Origin: a virus
Lineage: Duplodnaviria > Caudoviricetes
IMG/VR virus record: IMGVR_UViG_3300030102_005689
Span: 1 to 58,657 of that record
Strand: one strand, 5' to 3'
Length of the DNA: 58,657 nucleotides
Shown: positions 18,456 through 27,068 of the stretch, piece after piece
Position numbering within the stretch: position 1 is the stretch's first letter
Layout of the letters: each line of letters begins with the position of its first letter
The notes under the pieces: generated by a model
Databases searched by the model: none
What the model saw: the letters and a program-made list of their open reading frames with translations, nothing else
Told to the model about the DNA's origin: nothing
Program-made: the position numbers and the translations under genes

Positions 18456-19109
18456 TTATACAGTAAAGTTGCTCATGAATTCTACAACTGCTTCGGGTGC
18501 ATCCCCGACAGCGATTGTAAGTGAAGGACTATACCAAGCTACCTGACCCCTAGTAAGGAGTTCAGTCTTGAATGTCCACAGTTTTTGAGACAGAGGAACA
18601 TCAGGGTTGAAGGCCGCAAAGGTCGCCAACCGTTTGAAGGTGTTCCTGTAAGCTCCTTTTGAGACATCCAGTTTACCCATAGAGTAAACTTGGTCTCCAA
18701 TAGGGAACGGATATGCTGTTTCATCACCATTTTCAGGCTTCGCAAACAACATAGTAATGTCTGCAAATTCAATCACTTCATGATCGGAATCTGCAAGCAG
18801 TTCTTGTGCAGCTTCTTCGGTGTAGGCTACTCGGCCTTTTTCACCTCCAAAGTCTGTCAGTTCCCTCCAGGCTTTCATGACGTTGACCACAATAACCTCA
18901 GTTGACTCACCTGGATCCAAGATAACGTGTGTCTTGTCACTTACAAGTGATCCAAAATCCCCCGCTTCAAATTGCGAGGACTTTTGTTTGATGTTAAGGC
19001 GTGGGATATCAATATCCGCAGCCGTGACCTGCCACTTAGGGGCTTCTGTCAGTTCTTTTTTTTCTACTTCTACTACTTCTTGTTTTTTCTTTTCTGCTGT
19101 TTTAGGCAT
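18456..19109 (-). CDS. Putative ssDNA-binding protein
   Basis: DIDIPRLNIKQKSS motif; located between the nuclease and PolA genes. Confidence 0.55.
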   Translation of the reverse strand: MPKTAEKKKQEVVEVEKKELTEAPKWQVTAADIDIPRLNIKQKSSQFEAGDFGSLVSDKTHVILDPGESTEVIVVNVMKAWRELTDFGGEKGRVAYTEEAAQELLADSDHEVIEFADITMLFAKPENGDETAYPFPIGDQVYSMGKLDVSKGAYRNTFKRLATFAAFNPDVPLSQKLWTFKTELLTRGQVAWYSPSLTIAVGDAPEAVVEFMSNFTV

Positions 19110-19110
19110 C

Positions 19111-19140
19111 TCTGTTATTCTGTTATTCTGTTGTTCTGTT
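19111..19140 (-). repeat. 8-bp tandem repeat (AACAGAAY x~4) in the SSB-like leader
   Basis: + strand tctgttat tctgttat tctgttgt tctgtt. Confidence 0.85.
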
Positions 19141-20258
19141 TAGGAGAGAGTGTATCTCGTCTCCGATCTTTCTATTATGGAAGCATCTTCTGCGGCATCC
19201 ATAAAATCTTTTGCTGCTTGACCCTTCTCACCGTCAGGGGCTGCTTTACTTACAGCATCAGAAATCTTTTTCAAGGGAAAGTTGCCAAGTTGTATGATTT
19301 CTTTTTGGTCCACCCCAAAGTCATTGACTAAATCCATTAGTTTTTCATTATCAATACACTTTCTAGGTGACCCCATTGACCTTAACCTTAGTGATGGGAA
19401 TTCTACGCCTTCTTTAGCCTTGGCAATAGCCTTTGCCTTAATCCGCGTAGCCCAATTAGTCACAATCTTAGCTATAGCCCATAGTTGCTCCAGTGTTTCG
19501 GGGTCGTCAGGATCAGCAATGTCCGTCTTAGGTAGCGTGTTTTCGGCAACTCTATTAGCTACCTCTATGGCAATAGCTCCCAAGGCAGGGCAACGATCCT
19601 CATAAGCGCAAAACCGGCAGTTTACATTCGGGGATAATTTGGTCAGGTCAGGGTAACCCTCCTCCCATTGAGGTCTGATTAGCTCGCCGGATTTAATCAC
19701 ATATGACAAATCTTTGACGAGCTTGGGTAGGTCATCCCTTGTAAACTTACCGTGCAGGACTTCATCCCGAACTGGAATGTAAAACACGAATATAATTTCT
19801 TTAAGTTCTGGAAACTTTTGAAAAGCTCCTGCCGTATATGCTTTGGCTTGCCAGTTTTCTGTCGGTGTGTCTATGACACTAATTCCTGTCTTATAGTCCC
19901 CCATTACGGCTTTATCACCATATATTGTGAGTCTATCACAAGTTCCCCAAGTACTGGTTCCCTCCAGTTCAACATCAACTACCACTTCATTATATTCAGT
20001 GCGTTCTGCATCACCGATAACAGTTTGCAGGAACTCATCCTCATCCTTTACAATTTGATCATAAATCTCGACTTCCTCCTCATCTTGTAGCGCGGAAGAG
20101 TCCCGCACCTCCAATGCTTCATGAATCCTGGTTCCTTTCTCAGCGGCAGCACTTGTGCCTGACCTGCCGTTGTAGCCGGAACATGCGGCTACATACTTCA
20201 ACGATGACGGACTAAATTCCGCGTGATCTCTACTTGTGTGATCTGGTGTGTCTTTCAT
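19140..20258 (-). CDS. DUF2800 / Cas4-like PD-(D/E)xK exonuclease
   Basis: HAEFSPSS...C...GTRIH...GTCD...DYKTG...Q...Y...CRFC.....CP. Confidence 0.9.
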   Translation of the reverse strand: MKDTPDHTSRDHAEFSPSSLKYVAACSGYNGRSGTSAAAEKGTRIHEALEVRDSSALQDEEEVEIYDQIVKDEDEFLQTVIGDAERTEYNEVVVDVELEGTSTWGTCDRLTIYGDKAVMGDYKTGISVIDTPTENWQAKAYTAGAFQKFPELKEIIFVFYIPVRDEVLHGKFTRDDLPKLVKDLSYVIKSGELIRPQWEEGYPDLTKLSPNVNCRFCAYEDRCPALGAIAIEVANRVAENTLPKTDIADPDDPETLEQLWAIAKIVTNWATRIKAKAIAKAKEGVEFPSLRLRSMGSPRKCIDNEKLMDLVNDFGVDQKEIIQLGNFPLKKISDAVSKAAPDGEKGQAAKDFMDAAEDASIIERSETRYTLS

Positions 20259-20268
20259 TTTAAATAGG

Positions 20269-20342
20269 TAGGCTTCAGGTGTTCAATGGCAGGTCTATAA
20301 TCTGCGTCCGTAGTTCTCCTACGGCTCTAGTCCTAAAGCCTA
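20269..20342 (-). ncRNA. Putative three-way-junction RNA element
   Basis: P1 TAGGCTTTAGG/CCTGAAGCCTA enclosing CCGTAG/CTACGG and GCAG/CTGC stems. Confidence 0.45.
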
Positions 20343-20344
20343 AA

Positions 20345-21637
20345 TTATCCATGAAGGGCTGTAAGGTTTTTAAGTTTCTTGTTAATAGACTTCATCACCG
20401 TCTCCTCAATAGAGTCTGCCGCTACGAGGATTTTCTGTAAAGCATCCGACTTAGCCCCATTGCGGTGTATCCGCCCTAAAGTCTGTAAGTGATCTTTGGC
20501 AGAGAATGAAGGGCTTATGAGGCTAATGCGTTGTCGGTTGCCATGTGTATCATGCAGAGAAAGCCCAACCCCGCCAGCTGCTGTGTTAACAGCGAGGACA
20601 TGTAAATCGTCATTTTGGAAGGAGTCAATAACCTCCTGCCTTTCTTTAGCCGATTGTCCTCCATCAATCCGGCCACATTTAAGTCGCTCACAAAGCGCAT
20701 CCATGCTCTCTCGAAAGTTAAGGAATATCACTACGGAGTTACCTTGGGCCACTAAATCCTCGGCTTGATCTGCAATACAGGGAGCTTTAAAACTTTCAGC
20801 CAGTTGTCTAGCTCTTAGCAAGTTGACCAATATATGCTCACTCTCAGTGACAGTCCCATTTTCAATATATTCTTGAATAATAGATGGAGTGATCCCTAGC
20901 TCTTCATAAGCCTTAATTATTTTTTTGGATCCAGCAAACTGTATAGGCTCAACAAATACACGGTTCTCTCTAAAGGAGTCAGGAAAATCTTCAACCGTTA
21001 AACGGTATCCATTAACTCCGTAGATTGTTTCTTTAACATCTGTCAACTTAGACCTACTCAGTAACTTCCATTGCTTCCATTGATCTTGGGCACAACCATT
21101 AGCGAGCATCCACGAATACCAACTCTTTTTACCAGACTCGCTTTTGTTGAGACTATGCAAGCCCAGCATAAATCCAATTGATCGCATCTCAGTAGGATCC
21201 TCGCAGGCCGTAGCACTCATGCCGTGAATTTGGTAACCCTGCTGAACCAATGAGATAACAAGTTGTGCGTTCTGCGTGTAAGGACCCTTACACTTGTGGA
21301 TTTCATCAACCAAGACCAAGGTGTTTTCGGGCAGGTGCCAAGTCATTATTTTCTTCCCCTTCTTTGTCATGTGTGGGGTCTTACCTGTCCTTATCTTCTC
21401 ATAGTTGAGGACAAACTCAGGGGTTACACCAAATTCTTCCAGTTCCCGTTCCCAGCTAGGTATAACAGCCTTGGGGCAAATAACAGCCACTGGTTGGTTT
21501 TGCTGGTATGCTAGTTCAGCAGCTACAACAGTTTTACCTGTTCCTACACTTGATGTATCAATGGTGTTGCCACCATCTATTAGGACGCTAAGGAAGAAGT
21601 CGGCGGCTTCCCCCTGCTTGGGATACAATGCTTTCAT
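20345..21637 (-). CDS. SF2 (SNF2-like) helicase
   Basis: GTGKT, DEIH, SAT, GGVGLSL, QTLGRIHR motifs. Confidence 0.93.
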   Translation of the reverse strand: MKALYPKQGEAADFFLSVLIDGGNTIDTSSVGTGKTVVAAELAYQQNQPVAVICPKAVIPSWERELEEFGVTPEFVLNYEKIRTGKTPHMTKKGKKIMTWHLPENTLVLVDEIHKCKGPYTQNAQLVISLVQQGYQIHGMSATACEDPTEMRSIGFMLGLHSLNKSESGKKSWYSWMLANGCAQDQWKQWKLLSRSKLTDVKETIYGVNGYRLTVEDFPDSFRENRVFVEPIQFAGSKKIIKAYEELGITPSIIQEYIENGTVTESEHILVNLLRARQLAESFKAPCIADQAEDLVAQGNSVVIFLNFRESMDALCERLKCGRIDGGQSAKERQEVIDSFQNDDLHVLAVNTAAGGVGLSLHDTHGNRQRISLISPSFSAKDHLQTLGRIHRNGAKSDALQKILVAADSIEETVMKSINKKLKNLTALHG

Positions 21638-21648
21638 AAACGGGTGGG

Positions 21649-21677
21649 ACTATACATCCTCGTCAAGTTCTTGTCTA
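21649..21677 (-). promoter_or_regulatory. Sigma70-like promoter for the helicase-PolA operon
   Basis: TAGACA-17 nt-TATAGT, 11 nt before ATG 21637. Confidence 0.6.
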
Positions 21678-21689
21678 GTTGTATCTTTT

Positions 21690-21862
21690 ATTAGGGGGTG
21701 TATGAGATAGGGGGTAAAACCTAAGCGCACTTCACGCACCCCTTTATTTCTAAAAGTGTGCATACACCCCCTAATCTTGTTGCCAAATGAAACAACCTTC
21801 TTATAACCAAGGAGTTGCGCCACGCACACCTTTTTTGATGCAATGTGTGCATACACCCCTAA
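21690..21862. repeat. Direct and inverted 15-bp repeats (CATACACCCC core)
   Basis: Inverted 21690-21704/21761-21775; direct 21756-21770/21845-21859. Confidence 0.85.
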
Positions 21863-21881
21863 AAACTAGAGGAAAAAATTC

Positions 21882-22373
21882 TCAGGAATTCCCAACTGTT
21901 TTTTTGAACATGTATCTTGCAATCAAGAAGGCGTCTATCATGCCATCATGTGGTTTGCTGGCTCGTTTGCTTTTCAGCCAGCATTCGTCAGGCGCAATAT
22001 CATTGGCAACGGCTAAGGCTACCTCCTTGGTCTTCCCTTTAGGGACACGCCCCAACATGACCTTTTGCCACTTGTGAACACTAATGCAGTTCACTTTCCA
22101 CTGTCGGCTCTCAGCCAAGCCTAACAGCTTCCCAAAAGATAAAGCCATGGAGCGCACTGCTTGGGATGACCTAGCGTGGTGTAGCGGTTCCTCTATAGCC
22201 AACTCAAAATCAGATTCCAAGGACATGATCCATTCATAGACCTTGCGGGTGTCTACCTCCCTTTTCTTGAGCCGATGAAGGGTAGGCATAACGGTCTTAT
22301 CAACAACTGTCCCCGTGCATTTTGAGATGGCGACAAGCCCTCCCGTCAAACCGTTATCAACTCCTATTATCAC
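21882..22373 (-). CDS. RuvC-like Holliday junction resolvase
   Basis: IIGVDNGLTGG, AIEEP, HKWQK, HDGMIDAFLIA. Confidence 0.85.
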   Translation of the reverse strand: MIIGVDNGLTGGLVAISKCTGTVVDKTVMPTLHRLKKREVDTRKVYEWIMSLESDFELAIEEPLHHARSSQAVRSMALSFGKLLGLAESRQWKVNCISVHKWQKVMLGRVPKGKTKEVALAVANDIAPDECWLKSKRASKPHDGMIDAFLIARYMFKKTVGNS

Positions 22374-22609
22374 AGAGAGTCTATGGCTCTTTTGCGGACA
22401 AGTAGACCTTCTCCATCAACCGGCAAGAATACATCTATGTTTTTGCCTAACATTTGTAAGAAGTATACTTCTTTAGCGATGCGTGGCTTCACCATGTAAA
22501 AGTCACCAAGTTGTATTAATGTTACAAACTTAAAATCAGACGGAGGTATTTCCTCACGCACTAGGACTTTAGGGTCTGGAACAATATATTTATCAGGAAA
22601 TAGTTTCAC
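22370..22609 (-). CDS. Hypothetical protein
   Basis: 79 aa, overlaps neighbouring genes in the operon. Confidence 0.7.
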   Translation of the reverse strand: MKLFPDKYIVPDPKVLVREEIPPSDFKFVTLIQLGDFYMVKPRIAKEVYFLQMLGKNIDVFLPVDGEGLLVRKRAIDSL

Positions 22610-22865
22610 ACAATTCGTCGTCTAAGAACACGGGGGTAGCTTCCCCGTAATCTGTTTGAAGATATTCATATTCGTAACGCTCACGCGCTTCAGTCTCGCT
22701 GAGATCAAAGTTCTGTATAAGAACTTTCAGCGTTAATCTTTTTGAGTAACAGGCAACAGGTGGTTTTCCGTAGGTCTCTACAGAACCGATAAATGCATCC
22801 TGTAGCCCTGAGTAAAGCAACAAGGTATTCTCAGGCTCCTCATAAGCCTCTGGTGATATAGCCAT
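22593..22865 (-). CDS. Conserved hypothetical protein (paralog of 13965..14231)
   Basis: DAFIG...PPVACYS...EA...GEATPVFL. Confidence 0.8.
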   Translation of the reverse strand: MAISPEAYEEPENTLLLYSGLQDAFIGSVETYGKPPVACYSKRLTLKVLIQNFDLSETEARERYEYEYLQTDYGEATPVFLDDELCETIS

Positions 22866-22871
22866 GACAAA

Positions 22872-23465
22872 TTACTCGTCTTCGAGTGGTTCAATATCGA
22901 TAACCTTCTTAGGCGTAATCTTAACGGCACCCTCTCCATTATCCGCCTTGGTGTTATTTAAAATAGATATGTCTATTTGCATACTACCAGATCCCCCAGT
23001 GTTTCGGGCGTTAAGACCTAAGTTCCGCCTTATTAGCTGATCCAAGATGTCGAACTCTTTAACCGTTCGAGGTCCGCGTAGATTTTTCATTGAGTCCCTT
23101 AGCAGTTTAATACTTTGAGACGCAACATATGTTTGGTATTTATCAGCAGGAGAAGACTGAGCTTCTGCCAAATTCATTATATCCTCTTCTTCTTTTTGCC
23201 TCTCCTCAAACTTGGCAATCTTTGCTTCCTCTTTGGTCATCTTTTGCAAGCTGGCATCCAAAGCAGATTGTAGGGGGTCTGTATCTTCTGGTTTAGGTTC
23301 GTCAGAATTCTTCTTAATCGGCTTGATACCAGCCTCGCGGAACCAACGTCTTAGTGTAGATGGGTGAATATCTAACTCACGACTAATGCTCACCTGCATG
23401 TAACCCTTCTCATGCAATTGCAGAGCGAGTTTCATTAGTTTTTCTTTTTTGGTTATCTTCGCCAA
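22872..23465 (-). CDS. HTH protein, putative terminase small subunit
   Basis: N-terminal HTH (ISRELDIHPSTLRRW), helical core, IDISILN tail; adjacent but divergent to terL. Confidence 0.55.
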   Translation of the reverse strand: MAKITKKEKLMKLALQLHEKGYMQVSISRELDIHPSTLRRWFREAGIKPIKKNSDEPKPEDTDPLQSALDASLQKMTKEEAKIAKFEERQKEEEDIMNLAEAQSSPADKYQTYVASQSIKLLRDSMKNLRGPRTVKEFDILDQLIRRNLGLNARNTGGSGSMQIDISILNNTKADNGEGAVKITPKKVIDIEPLEDE

Positions 23466-23474
23466 ATCACTTAA

Positions 23475-23505
23475 TATATACTATTATATTTAGAGTAATT
23501 CAAGT
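23475..23505 (-). promoter_or_regulatory. Promoter sharing ACTTGAATTAC with 40895-40905
   Basis: TTGAAT-17 nt-TATATA, 9 nt before the TTG start. Confidence 0.55.
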
Positions 23506-23508
23506 GGC

Positions 23509-25281
23509 ATGACAAAGAAGCTACATGTGTATGAACCGCGCATAGATGCGGATACAAAGAAGATGGATGTTGGGGGTCTTTTAATTCCACCAACAAATAC
23601 TGTCACAGCATTGTTGTACGGATTTGCCAATCATACAACATACCGCGCCAAGGAGTATTACTTTTGGAGAATCTGCGATGAGTTTTGGAACAGAGATGAT
23701 TTACCAGAACATATGATGGTAAAACATCCATGGGCTGAAGAGATGATCAAGACAGTGATCCGCAATAAATATGTCGCCATTGGGGGAGCAGCCTCATCCG
23801 GTAAGAGTCATACGATGGCTGCGTGGGGTATCATTAATTGGCTATCCGCCCCGCGTGACACCCTGGTTTTAATCACTTCAACTACACTGAGAGAAGCGCG
23901 TAAAAGGATATGGGGATCAGTTATATCTTTACTTTCCGTTATCGACGGTGCGCCCTTAAAGATAAGGGATAGTATTGGTAACGTAGCTTATGTGAATGAA
24001 AACGGAACTCTGATTGAGAAGGCCGGACTATCTTTGATTGCTTCGGCTCGCGAGAAGACCCGCGAGGCCGTTGGCAAATTTATCGGGATCAAGCAAAAAT
24101 CTGTAATTTGTATTGGTGACGAACTCGCGGAGTTGTCCCCCGCCATCCTCTCCGCTTCACTCAGTAACTTGTCGAAGAACCCCTCATTCCAGCTTATCGG
24201 GATGAGTAACCCTGCTAGTAGGTGGGATGCCTTTGGCGAGTGGTCTGAGCCTAAGTTGGGATGGGACTCCGTAGATACAAACACAGCGGACTGTTGGGAT
24301 ACCAAGTATAATGGAATCTATGTCCGGTTTGATGGTGAGCGTTCACCGAATGTTTTAGCAGGAGAACAAATATATCCCTTCTTACCTACCCAAGAAAAGT
24401 TAGAAGAAGATAAAGCCCTTTTGGGAGAGGAGTCACGGGGATATATGCGTATGGTTCGCGCTGTTTTCTTTGACTCAGATGAGACCGAAGGTATTTACTC
24501 AGAAGCTGAGATTGTTCGTTCAGGATCCATGAACCAAGTTGAGTGGCAGGATGAGCCAATTCCTATTGCCGGCTTAGACCCCGCGTTTACTTCAGGCGGA
24601 GATCGCAGCATTCTCTACACCGGTTTTGTTGGTTACAACAAAGATGGTCATTTTGTTCACCAGTTTGGGGATGCGATTCATTTGAATGACGATGCCACCA
24701 ACAAAGCGGTCCCCCGCAGTTATCAGATTGTTCGTCAAGTGATCGACGAGTGTAAAAAGCGTAAGATAAAAGCGATGGACTTGGCTGTTGACGCAACCGG
24801 TGCCGGAATGCCTTTATGCGACATCTTAGCCGGTGAATGGAGCGACGAAATATTACGGGTATCTTTTGGAGGAAAGGCATCAGACAAGCGTGTCAGCGCA
24901 AATAGTAAGTTGGTGGGAGAACAACTCTACATGAACAGGGTAAGCGAACTCTGGTTTGTCGGCAAGGAGTTGGTGCGGACTAAACAGATTTATGGGGTTA
25001 ATAAGGACTTAGCTTCTGAAATAACAGGGAGGAAGTATGACATGGTCAAGGGAGCTACTCTGCGAATGAAGATTGAAAGCAAGGCAGATTTTAAATCTAG
25101 GTTGGGGAGATCCCCCGACTTAGCTGACGCAGCTTTCTTGTGCCTCGACTTGGCACGACAAAGACATGGTTTAGTAGCGGTTGAGCCACCTAAAACGAAT
25201 GAAAGCGGGTTTTCAAGACCCCGCAGGTCGATGAAGCAGCTTACTAATATGCTGTCAGGGGATCACCTAACCCCCTCCTAA
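23509..25281 (+). CDS. terL: Terminase large subunit
   Basis: Walker A GAASSGKS, Walker B IGDE, MSNP, nuclease GLDPA...VDATG...SPDLADA. Confidence 0.95.
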   Translation: MTKKLHVYEPRIDADTKKMDVGGLLIPPTNTVTALLYGFANHTTYRAKEYYFWRICDEFWNRDDLPEHMMVKHPWAEEMIKTVIRNKYVAIGGAASSGKSHTMAAWGIINWLSAPRDTLVLITSTTLREARKRIWGSVISLLSVIDGAPLKIRDSIGNVAYVNENGTLIEKAGLSLIASAREKTREAVGKFIGIKQKSVICIGDELAELSPAILSASLSNLSKNPSFQLIGMSNPASRWDAFGEWSEPKLGWDSVDTNTADCWDTKYNGIYVRFDGERSPNVLAGEQIYPFLPTQEKLEEDKALLGEESRGYMRMVRAVFFDSDETEGIYSEAEIVRSGSMNQVEWQDEPIPIAGLDPAFTSGGDRSILYTGFVGYNKDGHFVHQFGDAIHLNDDATNKAVPRSYQIVRQVIDECKKRKIKAMDLAVDATGAGMPLCDILAGEWSDEILRVSFGGKASDKRVSANSKLVGEQLYMNRVSELWFVGKELVRTKQIYGVNKDLASEITGRKYDMVKGATLRMKIESKADFKSRLGRSPDLADAAFLCLDLARQRHGLVAVEPPKTNESGFSRPRRSMKQLTNMLSGDHLTPS

Positions 25282-25355
25282 AAACTTTTCTATAGGAAGA
25301 AATGAATTTATTATATAAATGTAATAAATTCATAACGCACCTGTGAGAAAGTTTT
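25281..25355. repeat. AT-rich palindromic element, copy 1
   Basis: ATGAATTTATTA-TATAAATG-TAATAAATTCAT with outer AAAACTTT/AAAGTTTT. Confidence 0.85.
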
Positions 25356-25382
25356 TGTCACGGGGGTAACCTAGTTCCCCCG

Positions 25383-25410
25383 TTGACTTACCGTTAGAAA
25401 ACCTTAAATT
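25383..25410 (+). promoter_or_regulatory. Sigma70-like promoter
   Basis: TTGACT-16 nt-TAAATT upstream of 25435. Confidence 0.5.
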
Positions 25411-25434
25411 TATACTTTACCTGTCTATTGAATT

Positions 25435-27063
25435 ATGCCATTACCAGCTATTCTCGCCGCCAATGTAATTAGAACAGCCGCCGTTAGAGGGCTACCTTGG
25501 CTTACTAGAACCATTCCTAAGTTAAGAGCCGCCTTTCCTTCATTTACGAAGGCTTCAGCCCGTCAATTAAAAAAAGAGGCTACAAAAGCAATATCGAAAA
25601 ACTCAAGGCGCGCCCTGCCTCGCTTGGCTACTCAAGGAGGACGTAGGCAAGCCCTGCGTCAAACCATGCAGCAGGGAGGGCGTCAACGAGCCGCCGCTGG
25701 TGCTGCTCGTCAAGAAACAAGAAGGCAAACAAGAAGGCAAACTAGGCAGCAACCATCCAATTTAAATCGAAGGGATTTGATCCGTCCCCTGCAAAGAGAC
25801 TCTTATACAGGAAGAACACTGAATATTCGGCCACGCGGTAGTAGGTATGCTAATCGACGCGCTTTTCTTGGGCAAAGTAATGTCCCCCCTGTAACACCCT
25901 TCAATGTAGCCAGGGCACAAACAGCAAGAACAGCAGCTTCTTCAACAGCCCAAAAAGGGTCTACAGGAAAACTTGCCAAAATTATTGGCACTAGAGAACA
26001 ACTTGGAAACAGATTAAAGACTGTTGGAACAATTGCTGCTGGTGCTGGAGGCCTAGCCTTGTATAATAAACTCACTAAGGACTACAACGAGTCTAATGAT
26101 CCAAAAGAGCAGGAGGATATTTTAAATCAAATTAATGATTTAATGGAGTCTCCGCAGTTGGGTGACCGTAGCAGAGCCATATCTGACATTCTTGGTTCAG
26201 GTAAAGCTGCTAAAGATCAAATCGCGGATTTGGAAGAGCTACAGAAAAAACGCGAAGAGCGCAGAGTTGGTAGAAAAGAGCGCAAAGAAGAACAGCGCGC
26301 CACTTCTGCTAAGAACAGGAGGGAAGAGATAGGGCAGTATTTACAGATGCGGATGAGGCAGGATGCTAACTATTGGCTTAAACCTGAGAATCAAGAAGAA
26401 AAAATGGCACTGCACTTGGAAGGCAAAAGATTAGGTGGTGGTGCTGCAATTTCTACCGATGAGTTTAATCGGGCAATAAACAGTTTTGCTAAAAAGGCTA
26501 ACGAGTTAGAGGCCGAAAGAGTGCGTGAAAAGGATCGTGCTGAAGGTGATGCTTGGCGTAATGATAGGCTACTGGCTAGTGCTATGGACGAACGTGCGCT
26601 TTCACCATCAACTGCGGCACAAAAAGGAAAGAGCATTGCTCGTTTTCAAGAAGCTGCTGGGTTAACTGGTAGTAAGGGTAAACCAGAACCAGTTGAGGAA
26701 GCCGGAGATATGTCCCCTAAAGAGGAAGCCACTGCGCCGATGGGGGGTAAAGGAAAGGTGAAGAAAAAGCGCGGACAGCGCGGACAGCGCGGCCAAATGA
26801 TTGAATCCGCAATTAGAGGTCTTCAAGGAAGAGCCAAGGAAGAAGAAAAAATTGATACACAACAAGACACTATTGCTCAGTTGGAAAAGAAGTATGGTGA
26901 GGCTCAAACACAAGGCGGAATTCGTATGCCTGTTTATGCTATGGCTAAGGATGATCCCGATAACCCACTATACAAAGAAGTTAATGAAGCTCTCAAAAAA
27001 GGTGGCATAGGACCTCGTTCAAAAAGAAATCCACGTGGGTATGACCCACTTTATAAGTTTTAA
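25435..27063 (+). CDS. Putative internal virion (ejection) protein
   Basis: 542 aa, Arg/Gln/Ala-rich and helical, with a Gly/Ala hydrophobic patch; first of three genes. Confidence 0.55.
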   Translation: MPLPAILAANVIRTAAVRGLPWLTRTIPKLRAAFPSFTKASARQLKKEATKAISKNSRRALPRLATQGGRRQALRQTMQQGGRQRAAAGAARQETRRQTRRQTRQQPSNLNRRDLIRPLQRDSYTGRTLNIRPRGSRYANRRAFLGQSNVPPVTPFNVARAQTARTAASSTAQKGSTGKLAKIIGTREQLGNRLKTVGTIAAGAGGLALYNKLTKDYNESNDPKEQEDILNQINDLMESPQLGDRSRAISDILGSGKAAKDQIADLEELQKKREERRVGRKERKEEQRATSAKNRREEIGQYLQMRMRQDANYWLKPENQEEKMALHLEGKRLGGGAAISTDEFNRAINSFAKKANELEAERVREKDRAEGDAWRNDRLLASAMDERALSPSTAAQKGKSIARFQEAAGLTGSKGKPEPVEEAGDMSPKEEATAPMGGKGKVKKKRGQRGQRGQMIESAIRGLQGRAKEEEKIDTQQDTIAQLEKKYGEAQTQGGIRMPVYAMAKDDPDNPLYKEVNEALKKGGIGPRSKRNPRGYDPLYKF

Positions 27064-27068
27064 GTCAA

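Noticed and set aside
21650-22077. ORFs 21650..21856 (-) and 21787..22077 (+)
   Set aside because: They run through the repeat cluster and promoter or lie antisense to the resolvase; no recognisable protein features
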